The position numbers and the translations under genes were made by a program. From positions 30,517,701 through 30,563,569 of the forward strand of contig NC_069000.1 of NCBI RefSeq assembly GCF_001194135.2: a stretch of 45,869 bases of DNA, in the 5' to 3' direction. The notes beneath the pieces were generated by a model. The model was not told where the DNA came from. It searched no databases and saw only the letters and a list, made by a program, of their open reading frames with translations. This document shows positions 1 to 10,430 of this stretch, in pieces. Source of the DNA: Octopus bimaculoides. Taxonomy: Eukaryota. Numbering within the stretch: position 1 is the stretch's first letter; the number at the start of each line of letters is the position of its first letter.

Positions 1-505
1 GCTCGCGAAGAAGACGAAGAAGCGACTGCGACGACGTTGTCGGCGGATGATGGGGTGCCAGAGAATTCCATAATTCTGTCTGCGGAGGCGGCGAGTTGTT
101 CAAGGACCGTATGTTCCATCATGGGAGCTAAAATCGATTGGACATTGGAAGGCATCCTTGAAAAAAATAACTGTTTGACGAATGACTGCCCCTCATGTGA
201 ACTATCGGTCAACTCCCGGATCCGTTGCAAAAACTCGGTGGGGGTTTGCAAGAGTGTGCGAAATTTACTTTCATCCGAAGGAGAGTTACGTCTGAGAACC
301 TCAGTTTTGAAAGATTCATACGTCATGTCCGATGGAGTTCCTATTATCATATCGCGAACTGAAAGTGCGAGAGGAAAAGGAATGCCCGTAAGTGCAATGT
401 GGGGTTTGCTCTGAGCCGGCTGAATATTAGAAGAAATTGAAAAACGATTCCGATTGTGAAAACAACATCTTAGCATTTCCGTAAAATTGAAGCAAAGGAA
501 AATGA
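1..505 (-). mobile_element. Degenerate Ty3/Gypsy gag fragment (runs off window start)
   Basis: Manual minus-strand translation gives ...LSVRDMIIGTPSDMTYESFKTEVLRRNSPSDESKFRTLLQTPTEFLQRIRELTDSSHEGQSFVKQLFFSRMPSNVQSILAPMMEHTVLEQLAASADRIMEFSG. A frameshifted upstream piece reads LLQFYGNAKMLFSQSESFF. Both resemble invertebrate Gypsy gag motifs (WF.Q.E..F; P.E.L.R.R; LF..RLP.NVQ.ILA; L..LA..AD.IME). Confidence 0.75.
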
Positions 506-1100
506 CTCTTCTTTAGACTATAATAGGAAACGGAACGCCACGAAGAACAAGCTGGTTGAAGGAAACACCATTAGAAATGGCAGTCATAACACCCTAGTTG
601 AATGAAGACACGACGAGCATCGAACTAGGAATTTTTTCAGCAGCAGAGGATGAAATGGGATAAGCCCTTGCCAACGGATGAAGAACAAATCAATGGCCAA
701 CACATGGATAATCCGGGTAGGGTTGAGAGAGAGAGAGAGAAAGAAACTCATACCTGGCACGTAGGAAAAATTGTTATCCCTGTGAATTCCAGATAAAATC
801 TTCTTCTTTTTACACGCAAGAAGAAAATTCCCCTAGGAAGCTGTCTTCGAAGGACGAAGCTGTAAATTCAGTTACAACACGAGGTAAAAATGATATGTAG
901 TTCCCGTCTGTAAATGGCGCCAAATTGTTTTTGATGGAGAAGACGATATGGCGACGAGAGAGACATCCGTAGTATATCCTTATACAATGAATGGCGGATT
1001 GATCACGTAGACGAGGTCGAGAAGTAGAAAAAGGAATGCATATCCACAGGTCAGAAATTCGTCCGAGGCTCACCATTTTAGAAGGAATTGTGATTTTGAA

Positions 1101-1505
1101 CGTCATGGTTACCATTTTTGATGGTGATCTTCTCAGGCTGTGAAGCCAGCTAATGATGACTCTGTTCAGAAGGCTGTAACATGTCATTCGAAAAAGAAAC
1201 ACAGTACAAAGAATTCATAGAACAAACTGCAACTTTAAATACCTTTACTCTCGATCTCAGATGTATACAAATTGAATAATAATAGAGAAAGTCTGATGAA
1301 AGGATCATGTTCATCTTCTGCGTAAACTCATGTGCTCGTTGCCGTGGTTATGTGAGAGATAGCTAGGTCATGTTTTTGCTCTCCGGCGTCTTGATGCGAA
1401 AGAGGAAGTGCCAGGGCTTAGTATCCGAGCCTTAACGCTGCTTGCGCCTTCTAGTGGTGAGCTGTTTTAAACAACTGCCAAGCAAGGGAGGTAACTGTGC
1501 TTACA
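1101..1505 (-). mobile_element. Possible PBS (1101-1114) and 5' LTR of the Gypsy element
   Basis: Minus strand reads TGGTAACCATGACG, an 11/14 match to the Gypsy PBS TGGTGACCCCGACG, upstream of gag. TGTAA at 1505-1501 is a candidate LTR start. No second LTR is present to confirm this. Confidence 0.3.
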
Positions 1506-2182
1506 TACAAATACCGGTTGTTCCATCTACTAAATCCTCTCACAAAGTTTTGACCGGCCTGAAGGCGAAATTTATTTCCCCACGAGAGTTCCGGACCCAG
1601 TATTGAACTCATTTGCATACAGCCAATCAGAGCTCACCTTGACCTTGTTGTCAAGTTAACAAAGGTTGACATTCAAATTGTAAGTTGACGGATCGCCAAG
1701 TTATGCCAGATTTTAGAAGGAGACAAGTAATTAGATTTGCATCTATACCTATTATCGGATTTTGTTAGGGACCAATATGGTAAAGATATGGATGGACAAA
1801 ATGTGGGAAGAGGGTGATGCGCTAGCAACCCTCTCCCCATACTGTTTTACAACAACACAAATAACTACGCAGAGGCAACTATGGTTGAAACAAGAACAAG
1901 AACAACAAGCATTCTTAAAAGTGAAAAGAAGCATGGTCACTCCTTACCCGAGTGACCTTATCTCATAGCCCATCACTTGTTATGCGCTCATAAATTAGTT
2001 TGATAGTTGAGCTCTGATTGGTTGTATACAAATGAGTTCATAACTGGGGTCCGGAACTTTCGTGGGAAAAATATTTCGCGGCCCGGAGTTATAGTAGAAG
2101 ACATTTGCCAAAGGTGCCATGCAGTAGGACTGAAACCGTGTGGCTAGGAAGTAAGCTTCTAACCACACAACCACGCCTGCGC
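1506..2182 (-). mobile_element. tRNA-type SINE (family A) interrupted by a MITE
   Basis: Head at 2080-2182 (revcomp GCGCAGGCGTGGTTGTGTGGTTAGAAGCTTACTTCCTAGCCAC...) and its continuation at 1506-1564 are both colinear with the full copy at 24018-24396. Confidence 0.8.
1565..2079. mobile_element. 515-bp MITE with ~72-bp TIRs and 9-bp TSD (Mutator-like)
   Basis: TIRs at 1565-1636 and 2008-2079 (GCGAAATTTATTTCCCCACGAGAGTTCCGGACCC... vs revcomp GCGAAATATTTTTCCCACGAAAGTTCCGGACCCC...). Flanks GGCCTGAAG (1556-1564) and GGCCCGGAG (2080-2088) match 7/9. Removing the element restores the SINE. Confidence 0.8.
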
Positions 2183-2676
2183 TTGTACACATTATTTCAC
2201 AGCCACTTTACTGACTCCCTTGAGTTCGTCTGTCTTTTCTCAAGCCTTGTTTCCCATTTGCAGGGTGTCTAAAATCCTCCACACCAAGTAAGCTTGGTGA
2301 GGTTGCTTCTTTAGTAACCGATGCAATAAAGACTAATAGATCCCGAAGTATTCATTTCTTAATGGATAGTTGGCGCTGGTACTACGGGTGTTAAGTGTAT
2401 GTACGTGTGTGCATATTTACTGTGACGCAGACCAAGTGGGATGGTATATCTTTGTTCACTTAGTATTTGGATTTATTTTTTGATTTGGTTGAATCTTGGT
2501 TGTTTTTTTTGTTGGTCAGTTATTTTTAGTGTTTTGACAGAAAAAAAGTCATTCTAAAATTGTCTTTATTAACGTAAGCGTGCCCAAACAAGTCGAATGC
2601 TTACACAGAGCTGGTTTTACCGCCACATCATCCAAACCGACAGGGTGAAACTGGGCTTAGCTGCTAGTATATACAT

Positions 2677-2732
<56 letters not shown>

Positions 2733-2829
2733 TAGAAATCTACGGATGCACAAACGCACAAAACGGAGAAAATGAAACAAATATGAACTTGTTCAGAAAC
2801 ACCTGCGAGTGGGGAACAGTTCTCAAAAA

Positions 2830-3440
2830 ATAGCCCCCAATTGTTTCCCCCTGAAATTTCTATATGCTCGGAATCTACATAGTCCGAGGTATATTTGTAG
2901 AGAATTTCATTAAAAAATATCCATTTTCTTGAAAGTTAAAACGAATTGAAGTGGACTCCGGTGAATTTTTCGAAATTCCCCACTCCAACCACTCCTAAAA
3001 TACTTTCCCAACCCCCCAAAATTTTATATATTCGGAATCTACATGATATAACACATATTTATATACAATTTCATTAAAAATATCCATTTTTCTGAAAGTT
3101 ATGATCATCCAAAGTCGGGGGTGCAGAAATTTGTAGTTATGCCGATTCGTACAAGTAAAAAAATTCGTCAATATTCAGACGAATATTTAAAATTTGGATT
3201 TATACCCGCTTTCTACGATAAACAGTCACCAAGTTATGGGCAAAAACCTCGGATCTTGTGAATTTTCCGAAGTCCTCTCCTCACACCTCGGGAAAGATTT
3301 TCCCACACATTTCTTTATGATAGTAATCTATGCCGGTTGAATGGTATTTATATAAAATTTCATTAAAAAAAAAACATTTTCCTAAAAGTTATGACGGAAA
3401 AACTCGGATCTTGTGAATTTTCCGAAGTCCCTTCCCCCGT
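2830..3440. repeat. Degenerate ~155-165 bp subrepeat array
   Basis: AATTTCATTAAAAA..CATTTT..(G/A)AAAGTTA recurs near 2903, 3068 and 3356. An exact 28-mer, CTCGGATCTTGTGAATTTTCCGAAGTCC, occurs at 3248 and 3403. Confidence 0.65.
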
Positions 3441-3549
3441 TGCTTTCCGCGCATTTTTTTTTTACATTCGTTGCACTATTTTTTCTTTATTTTGTTTCCA
3501 GGTAATATTGTAAACATTAACCAAATTTTGAATAACAAAAATTAAATAT

Positions 3550-3618
3550 CACAAGGGGGCATCAGGATTTTAGAAATGATTCGATGGGGCATGGCCAAAA
3601 ATTGGTTGGGAACCACTG
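3550..3618. mobile_element. hAT-type transposon terminal fragment
   Basis: Ends in GGCCAAAAATTGGTTGGGAACCACTG, the revcomp of the CAGTGGTTCCCAACC hAT/Charlie-type TIR. The partner end was not found. Confidence 0.5.
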
Positions 3619-5124
3619 CCAGCAGCCAACAGTAACAGCACCAGCTATCCACTAAGAAATTAATACCTCGAGGTCTGTTAGTTTTTGATTTTACCCATCC
3701 CTATTAAATATTTATAACAGCCATCTCTTTCACCACAACGACAGCAACTAACTACTCCTATCTCCTCATTCCTAACAACCTTATACGATTTCACTGCCAC
3801 ACATTTGACCACATCCTTTCCCCTTTTTAACTTCTTGACCTTAGCTAGCCAAGAACATATGTAGCCTGGATTTTACCCGTTCTACTCCCTCAATTCGGAT
3901 TTTTATTCTTATTCATAACAAATTTAGTTGCTAACTGTGCACTATTTAGAGACTTGTAGCTTCTCGAATTTCCTCGTAACTTTGATATTGGAAAAAGTGT
4001 GTAGCCTTCGGTGCCAAAAAATTGTTATTGTTTCTGATCATACACTGTCCACTTTTTGTTTTCTATACCTGTCATGGACTGCTTGAAACTAACAACTTCC
4101 TACACTTGGATCTTAACTTTATATATCTATATACATACAGGTTGTCGTCCACAAGTGGTTCCGACTGTAAGTCGGCCTATAGATCTACATAGCCTTGTTT
4201 TATATTTTTACATTCTTAAGGAACATTCCCAGGTAAAAGTTACACACAGCATTCTGTGTTATGCTATTATACTGGCGTTAGTAAAAGCATTCGGAGTCTC
4301 AAACAGTCGTCTTATAAACAAATACAAGGTTGCCTTGATGTCTCCCCGACAGGATATTCATCCAACACTTAGGATAACTACAGTGGCAATCGATAACCAA
4401 ACCTAGGGGAAGCGTTTATTAACTGACATCACACGCAGACGGGTTAATTTCTAAGAAATTATAGCCATTAGATTTCAACTGAACTATTTATTGCTGCTAA
4501 GAGCTGGTGCACCAATCATCATAAAGTCAATCGTTCGTAAGTTGATGATAACCTGTATATATATATTTAACATATGTATGTTGTTAAAAGCCAAACCCTG
4601 TGGTTTGTCGTCTGGGAAAGATCCCTTAAAAATATAAGATGTTAAAAAACACAGGAAAATGACAGATCTAGACGGAATGAAGTCATTCCAGAAGAAGCAG
4701 ATACCGGTGTTTCGCTGACTATCAATGCCGCTGGCTTACCTCGATTCTGAAACGAAATCGAAATAGCCTGAAGTATATATAAATAATGTAAAAACTATTT
4801 GCTGATTTGTAATTGCACCGCACAAATAGAATAAATTCAAATTCTGTGTTAGAAGCAGCTCAATAATGTTATCAGTAACACCTTAACTTATGTGATTATA
4901 TATGTATGTATGTTTGTTCGTCCGTTTTTCCATGCTAGCGTGGTTTAGCCCACAGGTCGCCGAACTTTTTCGACCATCAACCCCCTTTCCGCATCGACCA
5001 CCCTCCTCATTTAAAATATCTTAATACCCTACCCTACCTTAAATGCGTACCAGGTATTGATGTTGGCAATTAAAATGTAAGCTAAAATATACATATATGA
5101 CAAATTTCTTTAAGCAGCTGTTGT

Positions 5125-5332
5125 CATGCATAAGTATCACATGACAATTCCAGCACGGTCTTCTCTCTTGCACACAATATCTGATGCCTCTTATGTGCCC
5201 AGTTTTCCTCCCAAATCATTTACTCCATTGTATGTGCACACTGACATTATCCATTCAGTGGAGCATGCGTGCTTCATTTCCTTCAAGCCTTCGCAAGTCC
5301 TCTATAGTCATAGCCCTTGTTTCACTGCTATA
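5125..5332 (-). mobile_element. RTE-clade LINE fragment
   Basis: Aligns by eye with the RTE fragment at 25190-25340 (CTTAT..CCCA.TTT....TTGTA..TGCA.AC.GAC.TT.C.CAT...GAGCAT). Confidence 0.55.
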
Positions 5333-5492
5333 GGTATAAGTCAATTACATAGCCACAGAGCTCAACTGGTACTTGTTATAGACCCTGAAAGGATGAAAGG
5401 CAAAGATGACCTCAGAGGCATTTGGATTCAGGATGTGAAGTTGGAAGGAATGCTAAGTCCAACATGCCAACTTTGCTGGTAGCTCACCACCT
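5333..5492 (-). mobile_element. SINE family B, diverged
   Basis: AACTGGTACTT...GACCCTGAAAGGATGAAAGGCAAAG matches the copy at 12039-12258. Confidence 0.7.
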
Positions 5493-5610
5493 TACACAGT
5501 TACATGGATATTCAACTAGTTTTAGCCCAAATGCTTCAATGACAGCCATGTGAGATAACATCAATGGTAAATTGAAAGACAACACACTGGAATATTCAAA
5601 AGTGGAATAT

Positions 5611-5990
5611 TTTATTCAGCAAAAGAGTGATACCACCTCCCCCTTCTCTAAATTGGAAAAAAAAAAAATCACACACACACACAAACAAACATAATAAAGG
5701 GAGAGGACGTGGTGTTGGTGGGAGAAAAAGGTGTTTAAGAAAGAAGAAGTTTGAGTTACATCTACAAGACATTAAGTAAATGTGTGAGTGTAAACAAATG
5801 AAAGATAAAAAGGGTGGGTTTAGTAGGAGGAAGTGGAGAGTGTCATTGCATATGAGTTAATGTTATGGAGCGGAGGGAGTGAGGCCCACATTCAAGACAA
5901 ACATTTAAAGTGAGAATTTTTAAAGAAAAATAGTGGCGAGGGGAAGGAAGGTCAGGTCTGAAAGAAATCACAGGAAAAAAAGGGTTTATT
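5611..5990 (-). terminator. Candidate poly(A) signals for the ZNF transcript (AATAAA on minus at 5985-5990 and 5611-5616)
   Basis: Plus-strand TTTATT hexamers lie in non-repeat sequence that is U-rich on the minus strand, downstream of the ZNF stop. Usage is unverified. Confidence 0.3.
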
Positions 5991-6285
5991 TAACTTTCTT
6001 TTTGTCAAATTGTTTTTTTCTTTTTTTAATTGATAAATAGATGAATAATGACGGTGATATATGTCGGGGGATCCACATTCTCTTTGGAGAGCTTTATGAA
6101 AAAAATAAAAGAAACCTGTAAAAATTTGTTCACACGCACCAACATTAGTTTTCAATCTGTGTGTGTGTGTGTGTGTGTATATATATTGATTTGCATTTAC
6201 ACAAAAAACGTGTGTGTATATGTGTATATATATATTTATAAAATTTCATGTCCAACATCTCATGCTGGCATGAGTTGCACTTCTA

Positions 6286-6409
6286 CAGGGTGTCCACAAA
6301 GTCTGGGTACATGGGGATTAATACATACTTTAAATTATTATTTCTTATATTTAATTGTTTATGGTATGATTTTATTTACTCCATGTACCCAGACCTTGTG
6401 GACACCCTG
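6286..6409. mobile_element. 124-bp Tc1/mariner-type MITE with TA TSD
   Basis: 29-bp TIRs: CAGGGTGTCCACAAAGTCTGGGTACATGG (6286-6314) and 6381-6409, with one mismatch. TA flanks both ends (6284-85, 6410-11). Confidence 0.9.
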
Positions 6410-6438
6410 TATATATATATTTATATATATATACACAC

Positions 6439-6474
<36 letters not shown>

Positions 6475-6498
6475 AAACTTGTTACCAGTTCAGGTGAA

Positions 6499-6812
6499 GA
6501 TGCATGGCTTAGTGGTTAATATATTCAGCTCATAATCATAAGGTCGTGAGTTCGATTCATGGTGGCACATTGTGTCCTTGAGTAAGACACTTTACTTCAT
6601 GTTGCTCCACTCTAGTCACATGGCAAAAATAATACCTGTATTTCAAAGAGCCAACCTTGTCACGTTATGTGTCACACTGAATCTCCCTGAGAACTATGTT
6701 ATGGGTACGTTTATCTGTGAAGTGCTCAGCCACATGCATGTTAATTCCACAAGTAGGCTGTTCCGTTGATCGGATTAACTGGAACCCTCGTCGTAACCAG
6801 CTGAGTGCCAGT
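6499..6812 (+). mobile_element. tRNA-type SINE family C
   Basis: Contains A-box-like TGGCTTAGTGG, B-box-like GTTCGATTC and a TGTGTCCTTGAGTAAGACACTTT core. The 5' half matches 17262-17512. Confidence 0.75.
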
Positions 6813-7299
6813 TACCGGTTGACATGCTTGAGACATATTCAAACCCGTAAGGAAGCCATTCACTGCATTACTGCATTTTGTCATGGAGAAAGTGCAGTGA
6901 ATGGCTATCTTAAATGTTCAAATATGGCTCAAGCATATTTGAACTAGTAACAAGTTATATTCAATACTTGTATACATTACTGCTTAGCACTTCTAATCCA
7001 CACACACACATACATACACACATAAATACACACACACACAGAGGCATAAACGTATGTATCTGAATATTCATACATACACACACAAACACACACATTGTGA
7101 ATTACTATGGAAATATGCTTGCATATGGTAAAAATTGACAACCGTTACACACACACATTAACATATATATAGTGGGATGTGTGTGTATGTGTACACATCT
7201 TTAAAATACTGTGTGGTTCAGGCTTTATAAATCTTCAAAAAATATGTTTTTTTTATCATTTTTCACAAGGAATTTTATATGTACACACATACATCTTCA

Positions 7300-7314
7300 C
7301 TTGTGTACATGTAC

Positions 7315-7381
<67 letters not shown>

Positions 7382-7476
7382 CATACACACACACACACAT
7401 ATATATACATATACACACACACGAATATGTGTGCATGTGTATGTGTGTGTGTATAAATATATATATATATATATAA
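7300..7476. repeat. Compound (TA)n/(TG)n/(CA)n microsatellite
   Basis: Read directly from the sequence. Confidence 0.95.
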
Positions 7477-8302
7477 ATGAAAGAGACTAAATGTATTTCA
7501 GTCAAACCATGTAGAAACAAGCCAAAGGAAAAAGAAGCAGAGGCCTGCAATGTAATCATTTTTGCTAAGGTTATTGTGTTGACATGGTCTGCAAATACAA
7601 ATATTTGCAAGAATTTGTGGAGTAACTGTGTTTCCCTTTTCTTTTCTTTTTTCTATACTGTCCCATGGTTGGATAGTTTAGTTAGCAATTTCACTATTGT
7701 TAAATGGAAGAGACAGAGAGAGAGAGAGAGAGAGACGGACGAGTGTTTATATATTTGCCAAATAATAATAATTTTGATAATAATAAAAATATTAGTTTCA
7801 TATCTGCAGGATTGATAAAATAAGAACTCTACCATCTTTCCTTACAATTTTATGACCTTGCCAAACATGGGACAAGTACTGTTGTTGATTAAAGTGAATA
7901 TACCCTCCATCACAAAGCTGTGGCCTTGTGTCTATGTTGGAAATATCAGTATTTGTATTATCATTTTTAAAAGCATGGTTGTATTGCTGAAAGATTGCAT
8001 GTTTGGATTTACTCATGCCATATTCCTAGCACAATAACATCTGTTAATTGCAAGCAAGCCACCCTTTAACTGTAATTAGATCTTGTAGGACAAACACAGG
8101 AGACTATCTTTCTCTCTTTTTATATTCAAGCTAGAATATAGACACAGAAGAGAGTAAGGGGTGTCAACTGTCTTGAAATGGTGATGATAGCAAAAAAATA
8201 TTTTCCACACTTAGCATGGTTTTGGCAAGGATATTTTGATTGCTTAAAAAAGAAAACACAAAAACACAATTGAGAACTCCTATATAGAAGTTTTCCAAAT
8301 AA

Positions 8303-10333
8303 TTATGAGGGTACTATAGACTTTTTGGTGTGAGCTCGCATGTGTGAAGCGAGATAGGGTGCTCGTTTGAACACACGACCACAGTAATTGCAAGGATATG
8401 ATCTCATTTTGTTATTACAATGGACCTTGAAATGTTTAAGCAGGCTGGATTTATCAGGGAAAGGTTCAAGGCAGGTCTTACAAGTGAACTGTCTGTCTTT
8501 AGAATGAGTTTTACGGTGGTTAACAAGTACTGAGGACTGAGAGAAGGATTTACCACATTCCTCGCAGAAAAATGGCCTCTCACCGCTATGGGTTCTTTTA
8601 TGTCTGACTAAAGAGGATGACTGAGAGAAGGTACGGTTGCAAATACTGCATTGGAAAGGTCTTTCACCTGAGTGCACTCGGAGGTGAGATGCTACATAAG
8701 TGGAGCGAGAGAATGATTTTAAACAGATTTTGCATTTGTAAGGTTTTTCTCCTGAATGTATTTGCATGTGACGAGACAAACTCGATGAATTGGAGAAACT
8801 CTTGGAGCAGATATCGCATTTGTAAGGTCTCTCTCCAGAGTGAATCCTTAGATGGTTTGATAGGATTGAAGACTGTGAGAAACTTTTGGAACATACATTA
8901 CAATGATAGGGTTTGTTTCCGGAATGAACACGACCATGACGCTGTAGACTAGAGGCTTGGGTGAAAGTTTTCAAACAGATTTTGCATTCATAGCGAGTAT
9001 TTTTTTGAACATTAGCATTGTCATTTTTTACTGTTTCACCAAGAGGACGGTGTATCTGATACATATGAGAAGCCAGATGTGACTGCTTTGCAAAGGACTT
9101 ATGGCAAAGTTCACACTGTACAGTTGGTAGTGGTGGTATTGGCATATTGAAGCCACCATCTACAAGAGCAGAGGGAAGTTGGTTTGAAATCAAAGCTAAG
9201 CCCATGCTTGAAATGAAAGTAAGCTGACATTTCTTCCGATGCTTGCACATGTTAGAACGATCAGAAAATAGTCTTTGACAGTAGTTGCATGCATATTGGC
9301 GCTTCTTTTTAACAGTTTCTGGAATCTGCTGTGGAATTTGTTGGTTTTGTATGGACTTGTCAACCAACTGAGTGGCATCACTGAAGACAGGTATCAGACC
9401 ATTGCTTTCGGCATTCTCTGATTTCGTTTCATTGCTAGGTTCTGCGTAAGATTTCTCTGCCATCACAACTTCTGGGTGTTTATCATTTAAATGGTTTGAT
9501 AGATCAGTCTCCAGTGGAAAGACTTCAAAGCACAAGTTACATCTTATGGGGTTCTCATCACTGTTAGAAATTATCTCCTCACAGCTGTTGTTGTTGTTGT
9601 CTAAATTCATATCGTCAGCAGTTTCCTCATTTGGTTTTGTCACTGACTGTTCATCGTGGCTGGATAAAGAGAAGACAATCGGGGACGATGCCGATGTTGA
9701 TGACAACGGCATGTCTTGTAATGTGTGAATTTTGACATGGCGCTGAAGACTAGACCGGTTGGAAAATGACTTCTCACAGATCTGGCAAGTGAATGGTTTG
9801 TCAGTGGAGTGGATCCGCCGATGGTTGGCAAGGATAGACGACTGCGAGAATGTTTTACCACAGATATCGCAATGATAAGGACGTTCACCTGAGTGGATCC
9901 GACCATGACGAGCCAGACTGGAGAGGTGAGAGAAAGTCTGGTTACATTCAGAGCAGCTGTAAGGTTTCTCACCAGTGTGGGTACGAATATGGCACAGAAG
10001 GTATGTTGAACGAGAAAAGGACTTTTTACAAATATCGCATGGATAAGGTTTTTCATCTGAGTGCGTTTGATGGTGACGAGATAAGCTTGAGTGATTTGAA
10101 AACTTGCGTCCACAAAGATTGCATTCAAATGGTTTGAAACCTGAGTGTGTTCGTTGATGGTTGACTAGAGTTGACGACTGTGAAAAAGCCTTCTTACAGA
10201 TTTCACACTGGAATGGTTTTTCACCTGAGTGTATCCGTTTGTGCCGGATAACACTGGACATTTGAGTGAAATTTTTGTGGCAGATATCACAAGAGTATGT
10301 CATTGTGGTTAATATTCGTCTCCTGCGGGGCAT
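8303..10333 (-). CDS. Multi-C2H2 zinc-finger protein, 676 aa, 18 fingers (17 C2H2 + 1 C2HC), single coding exon
   Basis: Uninterrupted ORF. Fingers 1-7 (nt 9725-10297) and 11-18 (nt 8330-8992) have H(S/T)GE(K/R)P-type linkers, with three isolated fingers between the arrays. The ATG has A at -3 and an in-frame TAG lies 15 nt upstream. Basic patches PRRRR and KKKR are present. No KRAB, BTB or SET domain was seen. Confidence 0.97.
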   Translation of the reverse strand: MPRRRRILTTMTYSCDICHKNFTQMSSVIRHKRIHSGEKPFQCEICKKAFSQSSTLVNHQRTHSGFKPFECNLCGRKFSNHSSLSRHHQTHSDEKPYPCDICKKSFSRSTYLLCHIRTHTGEKPYSCSECNQTFSHLSSLARHGRIHSGERPYHCDICGKTFSQSSILANHRRIHSTDKPFTCQICEKSFSNRSSLQRHVKIHTLQDMPLSSTSASSPIVFSLSSHDEQSVTKPNEETADDMNLDNNNNSCEEIISNSDENPIRCNLCFEVFPLETDLSNHLNDKHPEVVMAEKSYAEPSNETKSENAESNGLIPVFSDATQLVDKSIQNQQIPQQIPETVKKKRQYACNYCQRLFSDRSNMCKHRKKCQLTFISSMGLALISNQLPSALVDGGFNMPIPPLPTVQCELCHKSFAKQSHLASHMYQIHRPLGETVKNDNANVQKNTRYECKICLKTFTQASSLQRHGRVHSGNKPYHCNVCSKSFSQSSILSNHLRIHSGERPYKCDICSKSFSNSSSLSRHMQIHSGEKPYKCKICLKSFSRSTYVASHLRVHSGERPFQCSICNRTFSQSSSLVRHKRTHSGERPFFCEECGKSFSQSSVLVNHRKTHSKDRQFTCKTCLEPFPDKSSLLKHFKVHCNNKMRSYPCNYCGRVFKRAPYLASHMRAHTKKSIVPS

Positions 10334-10393
10334 ATTCTTGATGAAGGACTATATAATCGGCACCACAAATAGCAGATGCAATGCGTAGCAAGG

Positions 10394-10430
10394 CTGAAGA
10401 GAGAAAAAAAAGGAAAATAATTAACATTAC
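10394..10430 (-). promoter_or_regulatory. Splice acceptor ahead of the ZNF coding exon
   Basis: Minus strand reads TTATTTTCCTTTTTTTTCTCTCTTCAG|CCTTGC; the exon begins at 10393, 60 nt before the ATG. Confidence 0.85.

Noticed and set aside
37-414. 125-aa plus-strand ORF
   Set aside because: It is the antisense shadow of the Gypsy gag frame.
810-1202. 130-aa minus-strand ORF
   Set aside because: No recognisable motif; it lies in the presumed LTR/leader region.
1294-1330. CTGATGA resembling a hammerhead core
   Set aside because: There is no GAAA after a stem II.
4695-4735. Minus-strand TTGATA-GTCAGC-GAAA-CACCGG-TA hammerhead-like string
   Set aside because: The core is one base short and stem I needs bulges at the junction; too degenerate to call.
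6048-7610. Several ORFs rich in CV/YI/HT
   Set aside because: These are translations of dinucleotide microsatellites.
8617-10137. ORFs overlapping the ZNF on other frames or the opposite strand
   Set aside because: They are by-products of the repetitive finger codons.
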